64,000 bases of DNA from Longimicrobiales bacterium (GCA_965116905.1 OZ220732.1:2944001-3008000); one strand, 5' to 3'. Shown: positions 8,553-18,749, counted from the stretch's first letter. A program made the numbers and translations. The notes: generated from the sequence alone by a model not told the origin.

Positions 8553-11500
8553 GTGAATCCCATCACGAGGTGGTGGGAGGTGACCCGGTGGGAGTTCCAG
8601 GCTGGAGTGCGCCAACCCGTCTTCTGGCTCCTGCTCGCCCTTCTGGGAATAGTGGCGTGGACTGAATCGGGGGATCCGGTTCACGCATACACCAGCGAGA
8701 TCGCACGTACCGGGATCTGGCCCTACAACACCTCGGCCGTCAGCCAGGGCCTGCGCCAGGGGCCCCTCCTGCTGATGGTCGCCCCATGGTCCCTGGCGAT
8801 GACATTGGGGCTGGTGGTGATCCGGGACATCGAACTGAGGATCGTGGAGGTCTTCAACTCGACTCGCCTCACGCCTAAAGAGTATGTGTGGGGCAAGTTC
8901 TCGGGTTTGACAGGGTTCTTCCTGCTCGTCTGGGGTTTGTACCTGGTGTTGTCGATGGGGTTCGACCATATCGTTCTGGGCAGCGGAGGACACCATCTTA
9001 TCGGTCCGTTCACTCTCCGCAACTACCTGATGCCGACGCTGCTGATCGGCCTGCCGCAGATCCTCTTCTATGCGGGCTTGTCGTTGTTCATCGGTACATG
9101 GACGCGGCGCCCTGTACTGGTCTTTCTGTTCCCGGTGGTGTTGCTCCTGTACTGGTTCACGCGATGGTGGGGTTTGGTGCCGCAATCGATCATGGAGACG
9201 GTGGCGCTCCTTGAGCCAAGCGGCGTTTTCTGGGTTAACGACGCCTTCATCCGCGGCCAGGCGACTGAGCAAATAGACACGGCCGCTCTGATCCCCGACG
9301 TGGGTTTCCTGCTCAGTCGGCTGATGTGGGCGGGCCTGGGACTGACGGGCGTTGCCGGGGCCGCCATCATCTACGCCCGACAGGTCCAGACGGGTGTCTC
9401 TGGACGTGGGCTCAGGTCCGCACGCGGGGCGACCGGGTTCCTGCGCGGTCCCCGTGCAACCGCCGCCGAGAACCGACCTCAAGCCGAGCCGACCCTGGCG
9501 GACCTGCATATGACCACCCGCCCGCTCGGGTTCTGGCGGGCCGCCAACGCCATTGTGCGCAGCGAGGTCCGGGACCTGCTCGTGCGGCCCGGGATGTATC
9601 TCTGCGTGCCCCTGATCCTGTGGATTGCGACGGCAAGTGCGGGCGTGATCGACTCCCTGCTGACTTCGGGGATCGCGGCGTCACGGCAGTACACCGAACT
9701 CAGCATGCTCGTGTGCCTGCTTCTGCTCTTCTACACAGTGGAATCGCTGCACAAGGAACGTAGCCGGCGCATGCACGAGATCTTCGGGTCCGCACCCGTA
9801 CGCACCGGCGCCATTCTTTTCGGCAAGGCGCTGGGAAACAGCGTCATGGCGGCATTCATCCTCGCGGTCGCGGTGCTCGTCAATGCGGGGATCATCGTGT
9901 ACCGGCAGATCGTCCACGGTAGCCCGACAGGCTTCGAACTCTGGCCTTTCGTCGCGGTCTGGGGCGGGGTGCTCCTCCCCACCTTCATCTTCTGGACGGC
10001 GCTGATGACGGCGCTCTTCGCGCTGTTCCGCAATCGCTACATCGTCTACGGGGCCGGAATGGCGGTGTTCATCTTCACGCTGCGGGTCTCGATAGATGAA
10101 CAATTCAAGACCTGGGGCATCAACTGGATGGGCCAGGGCGTTCTCACCTGGAGCGACATGGGTGCCTTCGCGCCGCACGGCTACCCGTTACTGTTGAACC
10201 GCCTCCTCTACCTCAGTCTGGTCCCGTTGCTGATTGCTCTCTCGGTCCGGTGGTTCCGGCGACGGGACCTCGACGCCACCGGACTGGCGGGCCGCCTGAG
10301 TCCCACGCAGCTGCTCCGGGACGCAGTGCGGGTGCTTCCCCTGGCCCTCCCGGCGATCGTGCTGGCATCGATGCTAGTGATCGGCGGTCGCTCCGGTTAT
10401 CAGGGGCCGGCGACCGAGGAGTGGGAGAAGGACTACTGGACCCGCAACGTCGCGACCTGGGAGGGTTTCAGGATGCCGTCGGTGTCCCATGTGGATCTGG
10501 ATCTCGACATCGAGCCCTCCGAGCGCTCCGTGGCGGTCAATGGCGCGTATACCTTCCGCAACCACCGCGACTACGGGTACGAACGGTTTCCGCTGACGGC
10601 CGGCCCGTGGGAACCGATCGAGTGGACGCTGGGAGGTGATCCGTACGAGCCGGAGAACCGCGATGGCCTCTACATCTTCACGCCTGACCAGCCCCTGGAG
10701 CCCGACGATACCGTCACTGTCGGCTTCCAATACCGGGTCGTAGTCCTCGCGGGCATCAGCAGAACACCCGAGCCCGTTGGCAAGTTCATCCTGGAATCCG
10801 GGGTCAACATCGATGGCTTCGCGCCGGTCTTCGCACCGGTTCCGGGATACCGGCCCGAAATCGGTTCGGAACTCCACGATCCGCCGGAGTACAGGGACGG
10901 CTTCCACGAGGGCCGGACGGAGCCTGTGACCCTGTGGGCCGGGCCTGGCTTCACCGTACGGACAAGGATCACGATGCCGCAGGAGTACACCGCCAACGGC
11001 GTCGGAGGGCTCGTGAGCGACGAGAGATCCAATGGCAGGCGCACGGTGGTGTGGGAGACGGACTCTCCCGTGGCCATGTTCAACGTGGTCGCCGGAAGGT
11101 ACGCCGTGAGGGAGGGTGAGGGCACGGTGATCTACTATCACCCGGAGCACGACTACAATATCGAGGAGATGGCCCTTGCCCTCGACGCCGCGCGGGAGTA
11201 CTACGCGGAGTGGTTCCATCCCTTCCCGTGGAGCGTGCTCAAGCTGTCGGAGTACCCGGGCTACCTGGGCGGCGCGCAGGGGTTTCCAACGAACATCGTC
11301 ATCAGCGAAGCCCAAGGCTTCCTGGACAAGAGCGAACCGGGTTCTCGGGGCCCTTTCTCAATTGTCGCGCACGAGGCGGCACACAACTGGTGGGGTGCGC
11401 TGCTCACACCGGGAGAGGGTCCGGGAGGCGACGGTTTCCTGTCCGAGGGGATGGCCAACTACGCCACCATGCTCCTGTTGGAGCGGGTCTACGGGGACCG

Positions 11501-12134
11501 CGAGCGGATGGCGTTCAGCAGGCTGCGCGAGCGCGACCATGTCAGGTTCCATCACCCGGATTTCTCTCTCCCGCCGGTCCAGACCAGTGGCGGCGACTAT
11601 GACCGAGGGCCCTGGGTGATGTGGATGCTGCAGCAGGAGATGGGCCGGGAGAACCTTCTTTCGGGACTGCGCGCGTTCATTGCGGAATACAAGGCGGGCC
11701 CGGACTATCCGGTGATTCAGGACATGCTCGCCGTATTGCGTGACTTCGCGCCCGACACGGTGGCGTTCGATTCCTTCGCCGAGCAGTGGTTCTTCAGCTC
11801 GGTGTTGCCGGAATACCGGTTGTCCGACGTGACGAAAGCGCGGCGAGGGGATGAATGGGTGGTACGGGGGAGGATCGAGAACGTGGGTACGGGACGAATG
11901 CGAGTGCAGGTGGCGGCCACGGCCGGTGTGCGTTGGTCGGAGGAGGGCGAGGATGCGGGCAGCCCGGCGGTGGTGGCCGAGGGTTATCAGGACGCGCGTA
12001 CCGAGGTGATGCTGGGCCCGGGCGAGTCGGCCAGGTTCGTGGTTCGTGGCGGGTTCGAGCCCGAGCGCGTGGTGCTCGACCCGGATGTGATGGTGCTGCA
12101 ACTCCGGCGCCGTGATGCTGTGTTCGAGTTCTGA
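8553..12134 (+). CDS. ABC-2 type permease fused to an M1-family (gluzincin) aminopeptidase domain
   Basis: Two multi-TM ABC-2-like halves (EYVWGKF, ILFGKALG) followed by a soluble domain with AQGFPT and HEAAHNWWG...SEGMANY. Confidence 0.88.
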   Translation: MNPITRWWEVTRWEFQAGVRQPVFWLLLALLGIVAWTESGDPVHAYTSEIARTGIWPYNTSAVSQGLRQGPLLLMVAPWSLAMTLGLVVIRDIELRIVEVFNSTRLTPKEYVWGKFSGLTGFFLLVWGLYLVLSMGFDHIVLGSGGHHLIGPFTLRNYLMPTLLIGLPQILFYAGLSLFIGTWTRRPVLVFLFPVVLLLYWFTRWWGLVPQSIMETVALLEPSGVFWVNDAFIRGQATEQIDTAALIPDVGFLLSRLMWAGLGLTGVAGAAIIYARQVQTGVSGRGLRSARGATGFLRGPRATAAENRPQAEPTLADLHMTTRPLGFWRAANAIVRSEVRDLLVRPGMYLCVPLILWIATASAGVIDSLLTSGIAASRQYTELSMLVCLLLLFYTVESLHKERSRRMHEIFGSAPVRTGAILFGKALGNSVMAAFILAVAVLVNAGIIVYRQIVHGSPTGFELWPFVAVWGGVLLPTFIFWTALMTALFALFRNRYIVYGAGMAVFIFTLRVSIDEQFKTWGINWMGQGVLTWSDMGAFAPHGYPLLLNRLLYLSLVPLLIALSVRWFRRRDLDATGLAGRLSPTQLLRDAVRVLPLALPAIVLASMLVIGGRSGYQGPATEEWEKDYWTRNVATWEGFRMPSVSHVDLDLDIEPSERSVAVNGAYTFRNHRDYGYERFPLTAGPWEPIEWTLGGDPYEPENRDGLYIFTPDQPLEPDDTVTVGFQYRVVVLAGISRTPEPVGKFILESGVNIDGFAPVFAPVPGYRPEIGSELHDPPEYRDGFHEGRTEPVTLWAGPGFTVRTRITMPQEYTANGVGGLVSDERSNGRRTVVWETDSPVAMFNVVAGRYAVREGEGTVIYYHPEHDYNIEEMALALDAAREYYAEWFHPFPWSVLKLSEYPGYLGGAQGFPTNIVISEAQGFLDKSEPGSRGPFSIVAHEAAHNWWGALLTPGEGPGGDGFLSEGMANYATMLLLERVYGDRERMAFSRLRERDHVRFHHPDFSLPPVQTSGGDYDRGPWVMWMLQQEMGRENLLSGLRAFIAEYKAGPDYPVIQDMLAVLRDFAPDTVAFDSFAEQWFFSSVLPEYRLSDVTKARRGDEWVVRGRIENVGTGRMRVQVAATAGVRWSEEGEDAGSPAVVAEGYQDARTEVMLGPGESARFVVRGGFEPERVVLDPDVMVLQLRRRDAVFEF

Positions 12135-12942
12135 CCGGATACGGGTTCGCAACCAGGGGGACCGTGTCCCGCAACGCTTCTCGCCGTTCACGCATTGCCT
12201 GGGCACGTTCCGCGATGGTCTCGCGTTGCTTCTGTCGCTCGATTTCCAACCAGGCACGAAGGAAGAATTGGTATTCCCCTCGCCGCTCAACAGGCAGACC
12301 GAACCCGCAGTTTGAAGCATCGAAGCGCTCACTGCAGGTTGGTATGACGATTCCGCCGAGGTAGATCAGGCCCGGGCCGGCGCCCCAGAGCCTTCCTTCC
12401 GCGTCCTGAGTCGTCCATGTGGCGAAGGCCCAAGGGTCGGTCGGCTTGGTTCTCGATTCCCCACCACGGCCGGCACGCACGCTCATCGGTACCACTCTCG
12501 TGAATGCCGAATCCGGAAGTGCACGACGGACGTTACGCCAGAGCAAGGGATTGGCAAAGCGGCCCTGGAGAGCGGCGGCGGGTGCCGTGTCCGTGTTGTG
12601 CGGCCGCTCGAAGTCGCGAGTGGGCGATGGATCCACCGGCCCGATCGTCGGTGCGGCCGGTGGTTCTTCGGGAACGAACTCCGCCACCTCCGCAACGACT
12701 CCCTCGGTCTCTTCGGTCGCCGTTTCAGCCGATTCGAGTTGCGTCATCTGCTCGGGTACGACGATTCCGGAGATCCGGATGCCGGTAGGATTGTCCGGCA
12801 ACCTGGGGGTCTTCACAAAACGGTCCGTCACTGGGCCGGGGTACGATACCGCGAAGCCAATGAGTGCATGGATCACGACCGACGCGGCCATGCAGATCGC
12901 AAGAAGACGGTGGCTCTGCCTACGCCGGGCTTCAACGCCCAC
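11794..12942 (-). CDS. Hypothetical membrane-anchored protein; last ~115 codons overlap the M1 gene antisense and are probably read-through
   Basis: N-terminal TM (ASVVIHALIG), Pro/Glu-rich linker, WTTQDAEGRLWGAGPGLIYLGGIVIP motif and a coiled coil ending near 12150. Confidence 0.6.
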   Translation of the reverse strand: MGVEARRRQSHRLLAICMAASVVIHALIGFAVSYPGPVTDRFVKTPRLPDNPTGIRISGIVVPEQMTQLESAETATEETEGVVAEVAEFVPEEPPAAPTIGPVDPSPTRDFERPHNTDTAPAAALQGRFANPLLWRNVRRALPDSAFTRVVPMSVRAGRGGESRTKPTDPWAFATWTTQDAEGRLWGAGPGLIYLGGIVIPTCSERFDASNCGFGLPVERRGEYQFFLRAWLEIERQKQRETIAERAQAMRERREALRDTVPLVANPYPVRTRTQHHGAGVAAPSHPGRAPRARARTRHEPRTWPTRPGPASPRYARPDNPRPPPPGCPHPRPPPTNAHRPWPPPALAFVPYPRSRSSPVPPIHPLAALSSRRTTGIPATPS

Positions 12943-13219
12943 GCGATCTCACTCTACCCGGAACATTGCACGGCACTCGCCCTACGGAACGGTACTCCCC
13001 ACGTGACCCGTCACCGCCCGGAATCCCTCAGGCCTTCGGTCCATTGTGACTCACTCTACCGTCAGAGGGGTTGCCGAGGGCATTGGAGTTGCCCCGCCCT
13101 GGCGGACACCATTTGGTGAGCTCCAACGGAGTTGACACAACCCTCCCGGTGGCCTCCGTATTGCTGGATACAACCTTCGTGAACCTTCCGCAGACGCGGG
13201 TCCGGACTGGCCGCCCAGA

Positions 13220-14482
13220 ATGCTCCGCACATCGCACGTTCTAACTGCCGCAGCGCTTTCCGCAACCGCCGTCGCCTGCGGTGACACTGCATCGGACGCG
13301 CCCACCGCCGGCGGCAGTGCCGAGGTCGCCACAACGCCCACCCCCGTCACCACCGTCGATTCCGCGGGCGTGGAGATCGTCCGGGTATCGGATGTCCACA
13401 CGCTCGACCTGCCTGAAATGGAGCTGCGACTCCTCCATTCCACCGCCGCGATTCCCGATCTCTTCTTCGAGACGGTCATCGCGGCGGCTTTTCTGCCGGA
13501 TTCGTCGCTGGTCATCGGCGACAGCCGGCTGTTCGAGCTCACCTTCCTTGAACCCGACGGGACGGTCCGCGCGCGCTCGGGCCAGGCAGGCGAGGGGCCG
13601 GGGGAGTACCTGGACATCACGAGAATCGCGGTTGGTCCGGATGGCGCGCCGTTCGTTTTTGATTGGCGTCAGCGCCGGCTCACCTTTCTGGACTCGCAGG
13701 GCGCGGTGACCGACATCATCCGCCTGGAGCAGGGAGCGGGTCTCGGGGCGGCCGTCCCGTTGAGTCGCCTGGGGAGCGGAGAGGTGGTCGCGGCACTGGA
13801 AACGCGGCCGACCCTGCCCCCGGGAATCCAGCGAGGTCCGGTCTTCCTCGTGCTCGCGAACGACGCGGGTGAGATCGTCGATACGCTCGGCCAGTGGGCG
13901 GGCAAGGAGCGCCATGTCGCCGACGACTGGAATCCCGTCGGATTCGGCCTCACCGCGCTCTTTGCCGGACGCGGGGAACACGCGCTCGTCGGCACGAACG
14001 ATTCGCTGAACCTCACACTCTACAGGGGAGCCGCCCCGGTCACCCGGATTCGCGGCGGGTATTCGCCGCGCATGGTTACGGCAGCCGAGAAGGAAGCGTG
14101 GACCGAGACATTCCTGGGTATCTTCCCCGAGGAAGCTCGCCCGAGCTGGCGCCGGAGGCTGGAGCAGTCGACGGTGCGGGACACCTATCCGGCCTATGGG
14201 GCGGTCGGCGTCGATGCCGATGGCAGGATCTGGATCGGCGACTACCCGAAGCTGGCCGACGAGATGCGCCGCTGGACGATCCTCGAGGCGGACGGGACGC
14301 CGGTCGGGACGCTGAGCCTCCCGGTGCTTCGACCGATCTGGCTGGAGGATACGGTCGCCGTGACGGGCCAGCCACACGAGGTACTGGATGTGGCGCACGG
14401 AAGGATCGCCGTGCTGAGGCGGGACGAGCTGGGCGTGGAGTTCGTAGAGGTGTATGAGTTGGCAGGGCGACCCGGTGCCTGA
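13220..14482 (+). CDS. 6-bladed beta-propeller lipoprotein
   Basis: Lipobox AVAC, VDSAGVEIV, GQAGEGPGEY, VDADGRIWI, RDELGVEFVEVY. Confidence 0.8.
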   Translation: MLRTSHVLTAAALSATAVACGDTASDAPTAGGSAEVATTPTPVTTVDSAGVEIVRVSDVHTLDLPEMELRLLHSTAAIPDLFFETVIAAAFLPDSSLVIGDSRLFELTFLEPDGTVRARSGQAGEGPGEYLDITRIAVGPDGAPFVFDWRQRRLTFLDSQGAVTDIIRLEQGAGLGAAVPLSRLGSGEVVAALETRPTLPPGIQRGPVFLVLANDAGEIVDTLGQWAGKERHVADDWNPVGFGLTALFAGRGEHALVGTNDSLNLTLYRGAAPVTRIRGGYSPRMVTAAEKEAWTETFLGIFPEEARPSWRRRLEQSTVRDTYPAYGAVGVDADGRIWIGDYPKLADEMRRWTILEADGTPVGTLSLPVLRPIWLEDTVAVTGQPHEVLDVAHGRIAVLRRDELGVEFVEVYELAGRPGA

Positions 14483-15296
14483 CCTGGGCAGGGCCAACTA
14501 CTGGGACACGCTGGCCCCGCATCATTGGCGCATCGAGAACAACTACCTGGACGTGGCAAGCGTGCGTCTGATCCTCGGCGACGTTCACGAGCCCGTCCTG
14601 GTCGTCGGCGCCGGGCAGGGACTGATCGTCGAGGAGCTGCGGCGTCAGGGGCTCCGATGCGACGGCATCGACCTGAGCGCCAGGATGATGGAGTACGCCA
14701 GGCTGCGAAGAGGCCTGACCCTGGTGCGCGCCAATGCGGCCGCGATGCCGTTCGCCGATGGGTCCTATGAGACGGTCATCGTTGCGACCGGCGTCATCGA
14801 CTTCATGGCCGATGCGCAGGAGATCGAGACGGTCCTGCGTGAAGCGAACCGGATCGTGTCGGGAACGGGCAATGTCTTCGTCGCGTTCTACAGGTTCAGT
14901 GCGGCGCAGAAGCGCTTCCTGACCTGGCTTGGACTTCTGCGGGAAGACACTCTGCACGCACGATCGGCGCTGGTGCTGCACCGCCTCGGCTTTCGTGCGC
15001 TGGTGGCGTGGGTTGCAAAGGCCGCCGGAATCAGCGCGTTCCGGGCCGCTCTGTTGTGCATCCGCACGGGCCTTGAATCGACCAAACAGGAACGCCGGGT
15101 GGCCCTCGCAATGCGACGGGTGTTCGCTCAGGCCGACGATCCCGACGCCTTCATCGCAGCGATGCCGGAGGCTCAGCCGTACCGGGACAGGTCGGCAATC
15201 GGACGCCTGTTCGACGCCTTGTCGATGCGCATCGAGGACTGGCAGGCGTCGAGCAGCTGCCAACTGGCACGAGTGGCGCAGCTGGAAGCCCAATGA
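14454..15296 (+). CDS. Class I SAM-dependent methyltransferase (alternative GTG start at 14475)
   Basis: VLVVGAGQG, GIDLSARMM, AMPFADGSYETV. Confidence 0.85.
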   Translation: MSWQGDPVPDLGRANYWDTLAPHHWRIENNYLDVASVRLILGDVHEPVLVVGAGQGLIVEELRRQGLRCDGIDLSARMMEYARLRRGLTLVRANAAAMPFADGSYETVIVATGVIDFMADAQEIETVLREANRIVSGTGNVFVAFYRFSAAQKRFLTWLGLLREDTLHARSALVLHRLGFRALVAWVAKAAGISAFRAALLCIRTGLESTKQERRVALAMRRVFAQADDPDAFIAAMPEAQPYRDRSAIGRLFDALSMRIEDWQASSSCQLARVAQLEAQ

Positions 15297-15400
15297 TCAT
15301 CATCCGCCTGGACCCTCGGCTCTTTGCGGGGGTACCGGTCACTGAAAACCCGTCGGCGGGCCCGCCGGCGTTAGCTTTGTCCGAAAATGGGAGTCCCACC

Positions 15401-16027
15401 ATGAGATATTCGCTCGCACCCGTCCTCGGCGCATTCCTGCTGGCCATCCCGGCAACCGAAACCCAGGCGCAGGGGAGAACCACCGATCTGATCCTCGGAG
15501 CCGGCGGGACCATGAGCTACGCGACGGACGAGGAAGCCACCGAGAGCCGCATCGGACTGAATGCCGCGGCAGGATTCTCCCTGCGGGTGACCGAGATGGT
15601 CGGCCTTCGCGTGGAGGGCGGCTTTATCCAGAAGGGTGCCGGCGCGGAAATCAGCGAAGATGGCGCGATCGGGCAGGCGGACATCGAGGTCGACTATGGC
15701 GTCCTGCGCGGTCTGCTCGAGATCGGCGGCGATCTGCACATCCTCGCCGGCGCGAGCGTGGGGCGCGACCTCGGATGCAATGTGGCCATCGACGTTTCGG
15801 TCGAAGGGGTCGACCTGTCCACCGACCAGACCTGCGACGAGATGAACCTCGACAGGAACGACGATTTCGGGATCACCGGCGGGTTGGGCTACAACGCCGG
15901 GCTCATCGGTGCGACGCTGCTGTTTACCGAGGGGCTGACCGAGATCTTCGCCGACGAAAACGCACCGCAAGGCAGGAACCGCACCATCTCGCTCGTCGGA
16001 ACCATCCGCATTCCGATCATCGGATAG
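15401..16027 (+). CDS. Small outer-membrane beta-barrel (porin-family) protein
   Basis: Signal peptide from ATG 15401, LRVEGGFIQKGA, CxV...TC loop, about 8 amphipathic strands. Confidence 0.75.
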   Translation: MRYSLAPVLGAFLLAIPATETQAQGRTTDLILGAGGTMSYATDEEATESRIGLNAAAGFSLRVTEMVGLRVEGGFIQKGAGAEISEDGAIGQADIEVDYGVLRGLLEIGGDLHILAGASVGRDLGCNVAIDVSVEGVDLSTDQTCDEMNLDRNDDFGITGGLGYNAGLIGATLLFTEGLTEIFADENAPQGRNRTISLVGTIRIPIIG

Positions 16028-16028
16028 G

Positions 16029-16388
16029 GACGGCTTCCACGACACCGAGCTTGCACTCTTTCTCCCGCGCTTCCGGATGTCCTACGAACGCACGCTGAAC
16101 GACGACCTGACCGCCCTTGGCATGGTCGACGCGTTCGATCAGCGGGCGGACCTTACAAGACTCTCGCCGGTCGGAGGCTTGTGGATCTCCAGCGTGAAGC
16201 AGAAGTCCTGGGTGGACGTCAACGAAGAAGGCACCGAGGCCGCCGCCGCAACCGTGGTCACGGTGGTCGAGAGCGCCAGCCCCGTCCTTCGGGCCGACCG
16301 GCCCTTCCTCTTCGTCATCAGGGAGCGCCTGTCGGGCACCATCCTCTTCGTCGGGAAGGTTGCAAGCCCACCGGAGGTCGCAAGCTAG
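16029..16388 (+). pseudogene. 5'-truncated serpin (C-terminal third only)
   Basis: In frame from 16029: DGFHDTELALFLPRFRMSYERTLNDDLTALGMVDAF...VDVNEEGTEAAAAT...ADRPFLFVIRERLSGTILFVGKV. The N-terminal two-thirds of a serpin is absent. Confidence 0.88.
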
Positions 16389-16391
16389 CCA

Positions 16392-17717
16392 GTGCTGCGC
16401 GCACTCAAACCGATCGACGTCGCGGGACTAGGGTGCGCGCTGGCGTACGGCGTCCTGGCCTGGTCCGCCCGACAGTCGGGCGAGCCCTCGCTGATCCTTT
16501 TCCTCGCTGTCGCCGTGTGGACTGCTCTGCTCGTCTTCGGTCTGTACGCCTACCATCGCCGCAACCCCGCCGAGCCGCTGCCCCTCGGCCGACTCATCGG
16601 GTGGGCCGTCCTCTTCCGCGTCTGCGGACTGATCGGCGGCCCGATCTACGAGGACGACTTCTACCGCTACCTCTGGGACGCGTTTCGATTTGCCCGGGAC
16701 GGCACCCCCTACGGCGTGGCACCGGAAGCCTTCTTTGCCGACCCGGACGTCCCGGCTCGGTTCCAGCGCATTCTCGACCAGGTCAACTACCCCGAATTGC
16801 CGACGATCTACGGTCCGGTGACCCAGCTCGTCTTTCTCCTGGGTTACGGCCTGAGCCCGGGCAGCATCGTTGCCTTGCAGGTGCCGCTTGTGCTCGTCGA
16901 TCTCCTTGCCATCGGCCTGCTCCTTCGCCTGGCGCCGGCGCGCGCCGTACTGCTGTACGCCTGGTGTCCGCTCGTGGTCAAGGAGATCGCATTCACCGCC
17001 CATCCCGACGGCGTTGCGGTCTCCCTGCTGCTTGCGGCGATCGTGCTGGGCCAGCGGGAACGCCTGCGCGGTGCCGCGGTGTGCCTCGCGCTGGCGGTCG
17101 GCGCCAAGGTCATGGCGTTGCTGCTTGTGCCGTTCGTGCTGGCGCGGGCCCGACCGGTGCATTGGGCGGTGTTCGCCGGCACCCTGGCCCTGCTCTACCT
17201 GCCCTTCGTCCTGCAGGGCGGCACCGATCTCGGGACCCTGGTCGTATTCGCCCGGGAGTGGGAGTTCAACGCTGCGCTGTTCTCCTTCCTGAAGCCGTGG
17301 ATGTCCAATGCCGCCGCGCGGACAACGTGCGGGCTTGCGCTGGCGGTCGGCCTGGCCTGGTATCTTGCGGTGTACCGGCGCTCGGCCTCCGCCTCCGTTC
17401 CGCGCGGCGACTGGATCTACGGCGGACTGCTCGCACTGTGGCCGGTCGTCAATGCCTGGTACCTGCTGTGGCTGCTGCCCTTTGCGGTGATCCGGCCCAG
17501 CGCGTGGGCCTGGACGGCGTCGGTGGCGGTGCTGCTCTCGTACGTGACGGGATTGAATCTTGACGATTTGCAGATGGAGCCCTTCGGACATCCGTTCTGG
17601 GTGCGCCCCGTGGAGTACGGGCTGATCGCGCTGGCCATGGCGTACGACGTGAGCCGGCGCGGGCGCCGGGGCGCGCACGATCGCCCGCCGGATCGGGCGG
17701 ACCAGGCGGGTCGTTAA
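16392..17717 (+). CDS. GT-C fold integral-membrane glycosyltransferase (GT87/DUF2029-like)
   Basis: YEDDFYRYLWD, VNYPELPTIYGP, YAWCPL...HPD, WEFN, VVNAWYLLW; about 10 TM segments. Confidence 0.82.
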   Translation: MLRALKPIDVAGLGCALAYGVLAWSARQSGEPSLILFLAVAVWTALLVFGLYAYHRRNPAEPLPLGRLIGWAVLFRVCGLIGGPIYEDDFYRYLWDAFRFARDGTPYGVAPEAFFADPDVPARFQRILDQVNYPELPTIYGPVTQLVFLLGYGLSPGSIVALQVPLVLVDLLAIGLLLRLAPARAVLLYAWCPLVVKEIAFTAHPDGVAVSLLLAAIVLGQRERLRGAAVCLALAVGAKVMALLLVPFVLARARPVHWAVFAGTLALLYLPFVLQGGTDLGTLVVFAREWEFNAALFSFLKPWMSNAAARTTCGLALAVGLAWYLAVYRRSASASVPRGDWIYGGLLALWPVVNAWYLLWLLPFAVIRPSAWAWTASVAVLLSYVTGLNLDDLQMEPFGHPFWVRPVEYGLIALAMAYDVSRRGRRGAHDRPPDRADQAGR

Positions 17718-17830
17718 GGCACCTGCGGGTGGCCCGCGGGCGCCTTGCAGGCGGCTTGCGGCGACGCTACGGCCGGTCTAAGGTGGGAACACCTCGGCGA
17801 CCTCCGGAAGCAGAAAGGAAGAATTCCGCC

Positions 17831-18702
17831 ATGACACGCTCAACTTCGGTTCGGCTCGCAGGCGGCTTCCGGACGGTACGGTTCCGTCCGTGGGGACTGC
17901 TCGGCCTTTTCGCGCTGGGCGCGGTGTCGTGCGGCACGCCGTCCGCCGACCCGTCCTGGGCCGACCACGACCCGACCAATGCCGAGCGGCTCGACCACAG
18001 CGAGTGGCAGGCCCTGCTCGACGCCTACCTTGTCACCGACGACCCTTCCGGCGTCAACCTGGTCGACTACGCCGGGCTGCAGGCGAACGGCGCCGACCGG
18101 GAGCGTCTCGCAGGGTACATCGACTACCTGCAGGGACTGGACCCGCGACGGTATGCGAAGGACGTGCAGATGGCGTACTGGGTCAATCTCTACAACGCCG
18201 TGACCGTGCGGGTGGTTCTGGACGCGTATCCCGTCGCCTCGATCAAGGACATTCACGAAGGGTTGATTCCCGGCGCGGGGCCGTGGGGTGACGTTCATGC
18301 GATGGTGGCCGGGGAGCCCCTGACGCTGGACAACATCGAACACGACATCCTGCGTCCGATCTGGCAGGACAACCGGATTCACTATGCCGTGAACTGCGCC
18401 AGCATGGGCTGCCCGAACCTCGCCCCCGAGCCTACACGGCCGACAACCTGGAGCGGCTGCTGGATCAGGGCGCGCGAGACTATGTGAACCACATGCGGGG
18501 CGCGGAACTGCTCGACGAGGCGTTCGGCGTCGTCTCCAGCATCTACTACTGGTACCAGGAGGACTTCGGGAACTCCGAAGCCGGCGTGCTGGAGCACCTG
18601 CGCAAGTACGCGGAAGGCGATCTGGCGGAACAGCTCCGGGACTTCGACGGGTCACTCGACCACGAGTACGACTGGAGCCTCAACGCGCCGTCCACGCCGT
18701 GA
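17831..18702 (+). pseudogene. DUF547-domain lipoprotein split by a 1-bp deletion near 18431
   Basis: AYWVNLYNA, LTLDNIEHDILR, RIHYAVNCASMGCPNL. Homology continues in another frame as YTADNLERLLDQGARDYVN...SSIYYWYQEDFG...YDWSLN. Confidence 0.85.
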
Positions 18703-18749
18703 GCCGGGCATTCGGCAGGGCGGCGTCCCTAGACCACGTCTGGGGCCGT

